Assembly (NCBI GenBank): GCA_038523235.1
Contig: JBCBJQ010000099.1
Coordinates: forward strand, 1 to 22,269
Reading direction: 5' to 3'
DNA: 22,269 bases
Source of the DNA: Cyanobacteria bacterium J06626_4
GTDB taxonomy: Bacteria; Cyanobacteriota; Cyanobacteriia; Phormidesmidales; Phormidesmidaceae
How positions within the stretch are numbered: position 1 is the stretch's first letter; each line of letters begins with the position of its first letter. The notes beneath the pieces were generated by a model. It was given only the letters and a program-made list of their open reading frames with translations. It had not been told where the DNA came from and ran no database searches. Of the stretch, positions 9,754-18,519 are shown one piece after another. The translations under genes were made by a program, and so were the position numbers.

Positions 9754-10584
9754 TTAATTTAAATGAGCCGGGTTGTCTGCAGGCCGTGCTATGGGTTGTC
9801 GCTCTGCAGGAGAATGATAGATCTGCTCTAAATCACGATCGCTGACCTGAGCGGGAGGCGCATCAAACACGACGCATCCTTGAGCCAGACCGATGATGCG
9901 ATCGCCATATGCCATGGCAAATTCCACCTGGTGTAGGCTCAAGAGCGCCGCAATGCCATCGGTTTTGCAGATGTTGCGTAGCAGCGACAGCACCCCATGA
10001 GCACTAGCGGGGTCAAGGCTGGCAATGGGTTCATCGGCCAGCATGAGCCGGGGCTGTTGGGCCAGAGCTCGAGCAATCCCCACCCGCTGTTGTTGACCGC
10101 CGCTGAGATGTTTGACCGGGGTGAGGGCCTTATCCATCAGACCCACTCGCCGTAGACAGTCGAGGGCAAGCTCCTGGTCTGGCTGAGATAGGGGCAGCAG
10201 GCTGCGCCAAAAAGAATAGTAGGCGAGTCTGCCCATGAGCACATTTTGTAGCGCTGACTGCCGCTCAATCAGCTGATGCTGTTGAAAGATCATGCCGGTT
10301 TGCTGACGGTGCGATCGCACTGCATCGACAGCGCCTAAGGGGTGAAGTCCCTTACTCAGTCCGTCATCCAGCCCACTCACCAGCACGGTCCCTTGGCTGG
10401 GCGGGTTGAGGTAATTGATCGCTCGCAGCAGAGTAGACTTACCGGCTCCCGATGCGCCTAAAACAACGGCAAACTCCCCCCGATTAAGCTGTAGCGAGAT
10501 CGATTTGAGCGCTACATTACCGTCTGGGTAGGTCACACCAATATTGTTGAGCCGGACAATCGCCGGGTTGTCTATTGCAGACAT
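9754..10584 (-). CDS. phnC: Phosphite/phosphonate ABC ATPase (PtxA/PhnC type)
   Basis: GASGAGKST, FQQHQL, LSGGQQQRVGIARAL, ADEPIASLDP, LHQV. Confidence 0.93.
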   Translation of the reverse strand: MSAIDNPAIVRLNNIGVTYPDGNVALKSISLQLNRGEFAVVLGASGAGKSTLLRAINYLNPPSQGTVLVSGLDDGLSKGLHPLGAVDAVRSHRQQTGMIFQQHQLIERQSALQNVLMGRLAYYSFWRSLLPLSQPDQELALDCLRRVGLMDKALTPVKHLSGGQQQRVGIARALAQQPRLMLADEPIASLDPASAHGVLSLLRNICKTDGIAALLSLHQVEFAMAYGDRIIGLAQGCVVFDAPPAQVSDRDLEQIYHSPAERQPIARPADNPAHLN

Positions 10585-10848
10585 AGGGCTTGTAGAGACA
10601 CTCTCAGAGAGATACCCAACGAACTTACCCTAAAATCTTTAGCTCAATATCTTGACTCTCAAGTTGAGGCCGCCTTAGTCAGTCCTGAAAAATCTGCGAT
10701 CGGCTCATTTGGGATATCTCAATTGCTGCAAACCACAAATTTGCCAAAATACTAAAACGATTTCGCCCGGCAACGATAACACCCATTAATCGAGCTCCTT
10801 GATACTGTGCGATTAAATCAGCCTCAGTACTCTTGTCAGGCAACTGGT

Positions 10849-11207
10849 AGCGATCGCTGCGAGCCGACACCGTCTTGGTTTCGGTCATGGCGGCTAATAA
10901 CGAAATTGGCGTGCTGCAGCCCCTGGCGGCGATTGGCCAGCGTTGTCGCGATCGCGGCATTCTGTTTCACACCGATGCAGCGCAAGCGATCGGCAAGATT
11001 GAGTTAGATGTGCAGGCCCAATACATTGACCTGATGTCAGTTGTGCTCAAAGCCCTGGGCCGAGACGATGATTTGGCCTACGCCTCGCTAAGGTTTGGCT
11101 TGGGCCGTTTCACCACTGTCGAAGAAATTGACCAGGTTGCTCACCACTGCCGCGAAACGATTTTGGCGCTGCGGCAATCGGGACGCCCGGCGACTACCGT
11201 TCACTAA
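10849..11207 (+). pseudogene. iscS: Truncated, internally deleted second copy of iscS (direct repeat of 6982-7174 plus 7586-7734)
   Basis: Manual alignment: 10849-11041 matches 6982-7174 (10 differences in 193 nt) and 11042-11190 matches 7586-7734 (12 in 149 nt). Lacks the N-terminus, PLP Lys and catalytic Cys. Confidence 0.92.
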
Positions 11208-11287
11208 GGAAAATGGCAAGAGTCATGGCTGCAGAGACATCTGAACAACGCCCTCATCATTTCTGGGAGGACTTTCGCCCCGACCGA

Positions 11288-11818
11288 TCAGTCCTCAGCA
11301 ATAAACTGCCAGGTCTCATCTAACTTGAAATGGCTCCACAGATTGAACCGCAAATCATCGGGACTAGATCGCACAAAACCAGAGTTGCCATGGGGGTGAA
11401 TGCCAGTCCACAAACGCAGGCCGTGGTAATCAATCTCATTGGCGGCAGAGCCGGGAGCCTCAATGCGTGCGACCCGAAACCAGCCAATGCGTCGGGGTGT
11501 TGTGGGGGTCTCTCCTACCATTACCTGTTCGGCGACTTGATCAAAGGCCGGACGGGAGAAAGCATAGGCGATTCTCAGCGGCCAGTTAGACATCATGATC
11601 GAAACGACTATCACGAGTGATACTACCGCCTGTCGTTGAAAGCGTTTTTGAGTTCTCAGAGTAGGCAGTGTCAGCAATGCCATAATCACGACTGTCAGAA
11701 ATGCTGCTGCTAAGCCGCCCAACAACCAGAGCGCAATAATCTCTAATGGCTTTAGAGATAGCAGAATCAGCAGGGTAGGTGGCAGGGCGATCGCGCTCCA
11801 GACCAAAAATCGTTTCAT
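11288..11818 (-). CDS. Hypothetical membrane protein (3 N-terminal TM helices plus soluble C-terminal domain)
   Basis: 176 aa, GGAG upstream of ATG, hydrophobic N-half. Confidence 0.75.
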   Translation of the reverse strand: MKRFLVWSAIALPPTLLILLSLKPLEIIALWLLGGLAAAFLTVVIMALLTLPTLRTQKRFQRQAVVSLVIVVSIMMSNWPLRIAYAFSRPAFDQVAEQVMVGETPTTPRRIGWFRVARIEAPGSAANEIDYHGLRLWTGIHPHGNSGFVRSSPDDLRFNLWSHFKLDETWQFIAED

Positions 11819-11990
11819 CGTTTACTCCGCATCAACAGTGACGTAATTTACTTACTATGAGCGCATCCCAATCGTGTAAGTTCCAGCTTTAAGCAATCTT
11901 CAATTGACTCCCTGATGGTGAGGCTTTATCAAGCAAATAATGAGGGAACCGTTGTGTGATGTATCGAAGTTGGGAAGAGATGCGCATAAC

Positions 11991-12572
11991 TTACAGGATT
12001 GAGCTTTCCAAAGCAGGGGGTAACTCATCGCCGTCGCAGTAAGCTTCGAGGGCACGGAGCACGCCACCATAGTTGCTGCTGACTTCATCCCTTTGAACAA
12101 CGCTAGCTTGATGAACTGCTGAACGATCATTCGCAGAGGTAATCGTCCGCTCAACATCCGCAAAAGGAGCCATCGCCCGCTTGGCCTCAGCCATTTGCCG
12201 CAACCTCGCCGCGAGGTTTAAGCTCAGGCTCTGCAGGTTTTCATCTTTTAATGCCAACGCTTCTAGCATCCCTGCGGCGCGAAGAGATACTTCAGCTTCT
12301 GCGAGCAAGCCCTCTCGTGTTTGAACTCCATCAGTCGCTAAACCTTGCTGGTAAGCAGCCACAGCCTGCTCATCTTGGGCGTTTGTAATGATTGAAATCT
12401 TTTGACACTCGGCATAACGCTCTTCTGCACGACGCTGTCGCACCCCAGTCGGATCATCTAAATCAAAGGTACAGGCCGTTAAGCCTAGTAAAGCAGTGGC
12501 ACCTATGAACATTCGCCCCAACGTTCGAGGCTTGACTACTTGAGGTGTCCAGCGATGGGAAGATGACATCAT
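11991..12572 (-). CDS. Hypothetical lipoprotein, helical
   Basis: Lipobox LTAC after a hydrophobic stretch; two further Cys; start uncertain. Confidence 0.7.
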   Translation of the reverse strand: MMSSSHRWTPQVVKPRTLGRMFIGATALLGLTACTFDLDDPTGVRQRRAEERYAECQKISIITNAQDEQAVAAYQQGLATDGVQTREGLLAEAEVSLRAAGMLEALALKDENLQSLSLNLAARLRQMAEAKRAMAPFADVERTITSANDRSAVHQASVVQRDEVSSNYGGVLRALEAYCDGDELPPALESSIL

Positions 12573-12768
12573 AAATTTGGGCCAGTGAATACTCAGCTCA
12601 AGCAGATTACAGATGGCTACGCAAAATCAAACGGACTATCGGTTTTCAGGGGCTAGCCATAGAGCATTACATTCTCCATTGGTTGCGTCCTAGTTTCAGG
12701 AGTATATTTTTGCTTTTCTAACCTCAACACTCTAAAGACAACAGATATTTAGCTTCGACACAAGAGTT

Positions 12769-13038
12769 TTATCTGGCCGAAACTAATTTATCAACGCCCT
12801 CTGATGAGCAGCTTTGAACTCCACGTGTTTTTAGAATGTCAGCAATCATGTTTTCGATTTCGGCCTGTAATTCGGGATTGAGATAATGGCTGCACAAATC
12901 AGAAACGTGCATCTCCTCAAGTACCATTGCCTGTTGCTCATCATCCAGTTTTTCAAGAGACGATAAGTTAGTTGACATGCACCCGTATGCCAAAAAGCAC
13001 AGCAGAGATATGCATATGCCCGAAAAAAGCTTATTCAT
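12769..13038 (-). CDS. Small hypothetical lipoprotein
   Basis: MNKLFSGICISLLCFLAYGC lipoprotein signal from ATG 13038 (alternative 13062); two Cys in the mature part. Confidence 0.6.
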   Translation of the reverse strand: MNKLFSGICISLLCFLAYGCMSTNLSSLEKLDDEQQAMVLEEMHVSDLCSHYLNPELQAEIENMIADILKTRGVQSCSSEGVDKLVSAR

Positions 13039-13093
13039 AGCCCTGGGAAAATTACTCGTCATGTCAAATTGGCTCCTAAAATAAATATGGAAA

Positions 13094-14311
13094 TTATGTT
13101 TTCTGAAGCCTATTTGGCTCAATGCCAGTCAGCCACCAATGCGGATCAGAATCTAGCCTGATTTTCCAACACTCGGTAAAGGATCGCAGATGAGGCTCAC
13201 CTCTAACCACATAACCTCTAGGAGAAATCACAAAGTTAGTCATGCTTGCATTGATCTGTACTTCAAACAGATATCGATCCTGGTCTTCTCGGAAATCTAG
13301 AATAGCGATTTCAGATACTTCAGGCTGATAGATAACATCAATGTTTTCACCATAGTTTCTTTGAAATTCATTGTACTGAGCAGTATAGAAAGGCTCTGAA
13401 ACATATTGTTTCATTTTCGTGAAATCTTTATTCATCCAATCCTGCTGATATTGCATGAATAAACGACAGACATTCTCGAAAAGGTCCTGATCACTTAGAT
13501 GAGGTTGATATTGTTGAGGATCAATGGCTGATTTAAGGGGGATTGTTTCCCAGATGTCGTCGCCGCGCTCATAGCGCATCGAATATCGGTTAGTAAATTC
13601 TAGGAAAATTGACTGAGTATGTTTGATCAGGGCTTCATCTGCCGTGAATTCTTTCCCTCTAAATCGAATAAAGTTATAAATCTCGAGAAGAAAAGCCCAC
13701 GGTAGCAATCCTACTACCAAAAACAATACGGTTCTAAAGCCAGGAGATACAAACGATCTGCCACCGACAGTACTAGACGCAATACCGCCTCCACCTTTGT
13801 TATGAACCAGAAAATCTCCAGCATAAAAGTTGTGGTCAGGAGTGACAGAAATCAGATTGTAAACAGTAATAGGCTCGTCAAAATGTTGCAGACTAGAAAT
13901 GCGCAGGTTGGATTCTTTTCCCAGTAGTTGATCGCCGATTTTGAGCTGCCTTACCTCAACCTGTTTTATTGCTTCGGAGGTAAGAACATAAAAAGGGTGT
14001 GTTCCAGTTACTTTGATTGCATCATTGATGATGTAATACTCGGTTGCTGCAACTTCTTGAAGTGCACCAACGGTTCCAATTTCCGATTGATGTTGAGACA
14101 GATTGTACCCAATGACCTGACTACCTGGCTTCAGTTGACTGATCGGTTTGTAACCTGCTGGGGTCAAAATCGAGGTGTTGCTGGCAAAACAGCCACCGCC
14201 GCCGCCGCCACCACCACCTCGTGCATAAGCGGCCTCCGCCGTACACAGAAAAAACATCAGCAAGGCCAGAACGAAGCCTAATAATTGATGCAACTGATTT
14301 TTAGTCTTCAT
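13094..14311 (-). CDS. Signal peptide, poly-Gly, Hint (BIL/intein-like) domain, TM helix, Tim44-like domain protein
   Basis: From ATG 14311: signal ending AYA|R, G9, Hint CF...TGTH...VYNL...NFYA..FLVHN, a TM helix, then Tim44-like F...Q..W...D...M..YV...F.E.W......W.L..I. Confidence 0.85.
   Translation of the reverse strand: MKTKNQLHQLLGFVLALLMFFLCTAEAAYARGGGGGGGGGCFASNTSILTPAGYKPISQLKPGSQVIGYNLSQHQSEIGTVGALQEVAATEYYIINDAIKVTGTHPFYVLTSEAIKQVEVRQLKIGDQLLGKESNLRISSLQHFDEPITVYNLISVTPDHNFYAGDFLVHNKGGGGIASSTVGGRSFVSPGFRTVLFLVVGLLPWAFLLEIYNFIRFRGKEFTADEALIKHTQSIFLEFTNRYSMRYERGDDIWETIPLKSAIDPQQYQPHLSDQDLFENVCRLFMQYQQDWMNKDFTKMKQYVSEPFYTAQYNEFQRNYGENIDVIYQPEVSEIAILDFREDQDRYLFEVQINASMTNFVISPRGYVVRGEPHLRSFTECWKIRLDSDPHWWLTGIEPNRLQKT
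13799..14191 (-). other. Hint/BIL autoprocessing domain, 131 aa, no endonuclease
   Basis: Cys1 codon 14191-14189, block B TxxH, terminal His-Asn ending at 13799, +1 residue Lys. Confidence 0.88.
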
Positions 14312-14635
14312 ATACCGAGGAGATACTAGGTTTAGTGTGAAAGGTTGAAAGGAGAACAAAACAAATAACCTATCTCACAGCAATAATAGACATGGTTGTA
14401 TCCGCAGCACTAATCAGGGAGTTTAGATTTTAGTTCTATCTCCAGTTGCCATCTGCTATTTCCAATGATGGCACTCGTGAAAAGAACACTGGTTTATTAA
14501 GACGGGTCTATTCTAGTGTTTGAGCCTGAAACAGTGGTTGCAATGAAGATTAATGACAGAACCCAAGTGTTTGAGTGCTCTGGTGTATGCGGCTGTTAGG
14601 TTGCCGAGTTTTGAACCACTAATGTATGAAACAGG

Positions 14636-14675
14636 AGGCAGAAGGCAGAAGGCAGAAGGCAGAAGGCAGAAGGCA
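14636..14675 (+). repeat. Heptamer tandem repeat (AGGCAGA)x5 plus partial, STRR-type
   Basis: Directly visible. Confidence 0.9.
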
Positions 14676-14692
14676 AGCAGGATCACCATCAA

Positions 14693-15085
14693 TTACTGTG
14701 GGCGCAGTGAGTTCAATCCCGGAATATCCCAAGCTTCCTTAAAGTGCTGATCGACCATTCTCCAGACAACGACAGCATCTGTTTCAAACGCATAATTTTT
14801 GATTGTCATGCTTGGATAAGCGTGCACTACGACAAATTCGTGCCCCACAGCATAAGCTTGTTTGATCTGAACATTGAAAGTGTTATTGGTCAAATCACCC
14901 AGTTTTATGAAAAACGTTTTCAAGCCATCTAAGCCGTCATAGTCGCCTTGAATCTGCGGCAGCTCAGGATTAATGTAGTGCCAAACAAAGTCATCGCAAA
15001 AGTATTCTCTAGCTTCCTCTAGTCTGTTGGGGATGAGGGTAGGGAGTTGCTTAACCAGAGAGACGTTGATTTGTGGATTCGTCAT
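14693..15085 (-). CDS. SnoaL-like / NTF2 family protein
   Basis: F.DDFVWH...G.Y.G.DG...FF, VVVH, VVWR......EAWD. Confidence 0.8.
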   Translation of the reverse strand: MTNPQINVSLVKQLPTLIPNRLEEAREYFCDDFVWHYINPELPQIQGDYDGLDGLKTFFIKLGDLTNNTFNVQIKQAYAVGHEFVVVHAYPSMTIKNYAFETDAVVVWRMVDQHFKEAWDIPGLNSLRPQ

Positions 15086-15157
15086 GTTTCTTGTCCTAAT
15101 TTAGGTATGGGCAATGGGTAATCTCATCAATCTAATCAGGCGATCGCAAAATGCTCT

Positions 15158-15775
15158 CTACAGGTTTTGAAACATCAACCAATACTGCTGTTTGCTGCCT
15201 GAGGGAATTGCGGTGTGCCCTTGCTGAAAGCCCAAGTGTTCATAGAGGCCCACATTATTAGGACTTTCGGTGCGTAGCCAGCAAGTGGTGTAGCCCTGCT
15301 GTCGCATGTCATTGAGGGCCGATTGAATCATCTGTTTGCCGAGACCTTTGCCCGCTTGGTCGGGACGCACCCCCACAGCCCAAAGGTAGGCAAAGTCTTT
15401 GGGCGCATATCGGATGAGGGCCTGTTCACAGACTTCATCGTGAACCATGAGCCGCTGAAAAGCCGATCGCCCGACTGATTGAGGGAGCCAGAGCATCCCA
15501 CTGCGGAAGATTTCCAGGAATTTGAGCGGACTGGAAAAGAGCTTGCCGGGCACCCAAGCCAAGACCCCGCCACCACCAGGAGTAATATCAACACCGCCAT
15601 AGCGCTGACTACAGCGGATGAGTGGCAAAAAGAGCTTGGTGAGCTGTTGTATACGCGTGAGGACATCGGGCAGCATGTAAGCCATAAACGAGTCTTGTGC
15701 AAATGCGTAACCTAAGACGGTAGCGGCAGCTTTTTCCTGATTGACGGTCAACGAACGGTTGGCAGGGGTAAACAT
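15158..15775 (-). CDS. GNAT family N-acetyltransferase (puromycin acetyltransferase-like)
   Basis: AF.QD, YLWAVGVRPDQAGKGLG, LRTES..NVGLYEHLGF. Confidence 0.88.
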   Translation of the reverse strand: MFTPANRSLTVNQEKAAATVLGYAFAQDSFMAYMLPDVLTRIQQLTKLFLPLIRCSQRYGGVDITPGGGGVLAWVPGKLFSSPLKFLEIFRSGMLWLPQSVGRSAFQRLMVHDEVCEQALIRYAPKDFAYLWAVGVRPDQAGKGLGKQMIQSALNDMRQQGYTTCWLRTESPNNVGLYEHLGFQQGHTAIPSGSKQQYWLMFQNL

Positions 15776-15882
15776 GGTTCTTGCCTAAGGGTAAAGGACG
15801 GGTCAATGTAGACTTAGGATGATTGGGCAACGAGATCGCTCTAGCGGAGACATGCCCGAAGGGCTGCACCCAGCTGACTATT

Positions 15883-16854
15883 TCAGATGCCATTGGGCGC
15901 GAAAAGAATCTTGCCGTTGCGCCCTGGTGTTTCGTAAGCCCGCATCGCATCGGTGAACTGATCAAGGCTGTAGTGTGCCGCAACATCTGCATGCAGTCGC
16001 CCAGTAATGACTTCTTGCGTCAGTGCCCCATAGACTTCGGCCTTCTCTTCAGTGGAGGTATTTTGTATCCAGGGCAGCAACCAAAATCCTTTGATCTGCA
16101 CGTTGTTAAAGATGATCAGTCCATTGTCGATCTGAGCGGGATGACCGGAAAGACCGCCGAACAAAACGAGGGTCCCGCCATATTCAAGCGTCTCAGCCAG
16201 ATGTCCAAAGGTTTCACCCGCCACTGCATCAAGTGCCAACCGCATTTTGCTGCCGGTTGCTGCTTGGACGTGCTCCATCAAATCAGGTCCGTCTAAGAAC
16301 ACCGCATCGGCCCCATCTGCCAGCAACTTGGCCCTTGCCGCTTCGCTGCGAACGACACAGGCCACCTTAATCCCACGAGCCTTGCCCAGTTGAATCACAT
16401 ATTGCCCAACCGCTGAATTGGCGGCGGATTGAATCACCCAATCGCCCGGCTTGAGTTCCACATAATCTCGCAGCAGCAGATACGCTGTTGCTGGGTTAAC
16501 CGTCAGCATCGAAAGTTGATCCACATCCGCGTGCGGCAGCGGCACAAGCTCCTCAATATTGCACACCATCTCGGTGACCCAAGTTCCACCGCCAGGTAGC
16601 AACACCAGAGAGCCAACATCAATGCCCGTGCCATTGACTTCGCGAACGCGCCCAATGCCTTCTAATCCTGGTGTCGCAGGCAGATCAGGAAGATCGCCAT
16701 AATGACCCTCAATTGTGGCGATGTCGGATGGATTCACAGGCGCGCACAGGACATCAACGCGTGCCGTGCCTTCAGGCATGGGAAAAGACCCACTCTCTTG
16801 AAGACTAAGAACGTCTTTGGGGTCACCAAATTTTGAAAAGACTATATTTTTCAT
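15883..16854 (-). CDS. MDR-superfamily NADPH oxidoreductase (2-enoyl-thioester/quinone reductase-like, Zn-free)
   Basis: APVNPSD...G.Y, PGLEG.G, VNPATA, QSAANSAVG, GKIL; start ATG 16854 with AAGGA RBS (track start 17082 overlaps the oxidase). Confidence 0.9.
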   Translation of the reverse strand: MKNIVFSKFGDPKDVLSLQESGSFPMPEGTARVDVLCAPVNPSDIATIEGHYGDLPDLPATPGLEGIGRVREVNGTGIDVGSLVLLPGGGTWVTEMVCNIEELVPLPHADVDQLSMLTVNPATAYLLLRDYVELKPGDWVIQSAANSAVGQYVIQLGKARGIKVACVVRSEAARAKLLADGADAVFLDGPDLMEHVQAATGSKMRLALDAVAGETFGHLAETLEYGGTLVLFGGLSGHPAQIDNGLIIFNNVQIKGFWLLPWIQNTSTEEKAEVYGALTQEVITGRLHADVAAHYSLDQFTDAMRAYETPGRNGKILFAPNGI

Positions 16855-16948
16855 GCTAAATCCTTGTTGAGGTAGGTCCGGGATGACGACAAAGTTGAGT
16901 GGTGCAAGACACTTTGAAATTGCAAACGTTAATTTGAACGCCCTTGTT

Positions 16949-18316
16949 TTACGCGGCCAATACAGCATTGGCGGCAGCTTCACCCGCAGCGCAGGCCCCT
17001 TCCATATAGCCGCGCCAGACTTTCGATTGGTGGGTGCCGGCCCAGTGGATGCGGCCACAAGGTTCCCAGAGGCGATCGCCAATCGTCGTGAGGGTCCCCG
17101 GCGTCATATAGGAGCAGGCACCGCCATTTGACCAAGGTTCAGCCGCCCACTGCTTGACCACCATCTGTACGGGATGGCGGGCCTGTTCGCCTAGGGCATT
17201 TGCGGCCTGATCAAGAATGATTTGGTCGCGTTCAGCCTCGGTCGCGTCGTCCAATTGGATCGAGGTCTCCCCACCAAACAGCACCGTAATCACCCCGTGC
17301 GGCGACTCCGTGTCGCCAAGGTCAAAGATGCCAGTCATGCTGTTGTCGATGCTCATGACCACACCCGAGAGATCTTGGTCGCGCCAAAAGGGCGTCTCGT
17401 AGGTGAGGATGGCCTTGGCATATCGGCCCATCGGACAGCGTTGATGAAACTCGCGGCGGTAGGCGGGCAGCATCGGCTCAAACTCCAGCCGATTGATCAT
17501 CACCGGTGGCAGCGCGCAGATCAGGTGTTGGCCGCGCCAAGTCGTTTCGTCACACTCGACGGTGACGCCCTGATCATCTTGGATGATGCGGCGCACGGGC
17601 GAGCTGAGGGACACGACCCCGTTGACCGTTGCGGCCAATCCCTGAGAAACCAACTGGCTGCCCATCATATGGGCGGATTGGCCGCCAGTATGGGTGTCAC
17701 TCATCAAGAGGGGATCGCCGCAGGTTTTGAACAAATGCATGACTTCGAGGCAGGAGACTTCTTCTGGTCTGACCCCAAAAAAGGCATTTGTGCTAGTGGT
17801 CATCAAGGCGTGTAAGCCTGAAGTTTCGACGTTCTGGTTCATCCAGCTAGCGAAGGTCATGGCGTCAAGTTCATCAGCTTTCGCATGGGCCCACGGTGCG
17901 TCAATGTCTAGGTCGGCCAACTCACTCGCTAGCTTAGCCATGACGGTTTGAAGTTCTGGCAGCATGGCCTCCCGCCCAGGAAAGCTACCCACTGCGCCGA
18001 GATGGCGAGACTCGCCATCCATCGCCACTTCTTTTCCAGTCACGAACTGTCGAATTAGGGGCACCTTGAATTCTTGAACGAGTGCATGCATCCGTGTATG
18101 CGTATCGGCCAACCAAGCGCCGCCCAGATCAATATGCTCGCCGAGATACTCGCTGTATTCGGAATAGGTGAGGCCGCCGACGCGATCGCGGGCTTCGAGC
18201 ACAGCAACACGCTGCCCCGCTTGGGATAAGACCCGTGCGGCATACAGTCCGGATAATCCTGCCCCCACAATAATTGTGTCGAAAGCGGCCGGTTCCATCG
18301 TTTTGCTTTGATTCAT
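16949..18316 (-). CDS. Flavin monoamine oxidase family protein
   Basis: GAGLSG, EARDRVGG, DLGGAW, WAGT...GYMEGA; AGAGGA RBS. Confidence 0.92.
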   Translation of the reverse strand: MNQSKTMEPAAFDTIIVGAGLSGLYAARVLSQAGQRVAVLEARDRVGGLTYSEYSEYLGEHIDLGGAWLADTHTRMHALVQEFKVPLIRQFVTGKEVAMDGESRHLGAVGSFPGREAMLPELQTVMAKLASELADLDIDAPWAHAKADELDAMTFASWMNQNVETSGLHALMTTSTNAFFGVRPEEVSCLEVMHLFKTCGDPLLMSDTHTGGQSAHMMGSQLVSQGLAATVNGVVSLSSPVRRIIQDDQGVTVECDETTWRGQHLICALPPVMINRLEFEPMLPAYRREFHQRCPMGRYAKAILTYETPFWRDQDLSGVVMSIDNSMTGIFDLGDTESPHGVITVLFGGETSIQLDDATEAERDQIILDQAANALGEQARHPVQMVVKQWAAEPWSNGGACSYMTPGTLTTIGDRLWEPCGRIHWAGTHQSKVWRGYMEGACAAGEAAANAVLAA

Positions 18317-18395
18317 GATGTCCTCTTATGTGGCCTTCAGAGCGGTCACTCGGGAGTGCCCACGCTGAAAACTCAGTTCAAATTGACGCTTTCAA

Positions 18396-18453
18396 AAATT
18401 CATCACTTGGTGAATTTAAATTGATTCTACAGATGGTGAATTTATTTTGTCAA
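18396..18453 (-). promoter_or_regulatory. Tandem TetR-type operators overlapping a sigma70-like promoter for the oxidase operon
   Basis: AAATTCATCA-ct-TGGTGAATTT (18396-18417) and TGATTCTACA-ga-TGGTGAATTT (18422-18443); minus-strand TTGACA (18453-18448), N18, TAGAAT (18429-18424). Confidence 0.75.
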
Positions 18454-18519
18454 CCCTGATCGGCATCCTGTAGTCTCAGAGAGGGACTGTAGGCGATCGC
18501 ACATATAGGAGTGTTTGTC

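Noticed and set aside
10590..10680. Pho box upstream of ptxA/phnC
   Set aside because: Only degenerate CTTAACCT-like words, not in clean 11-nt phase.
13799..14191. Canonical mobile intein or polymorphic toxin
   Set aside because: No homing endonuclease, no +1 Cys/Ser/Thr, and the C-terminal part is TM plus Tim44-like, not a toxin.
15823..17815. Long plus-strand ORFs (15823-16296, 17222-17815 and similar)
   Set aside because: Antisense to well-supported genes in GC-rich coding DNA.
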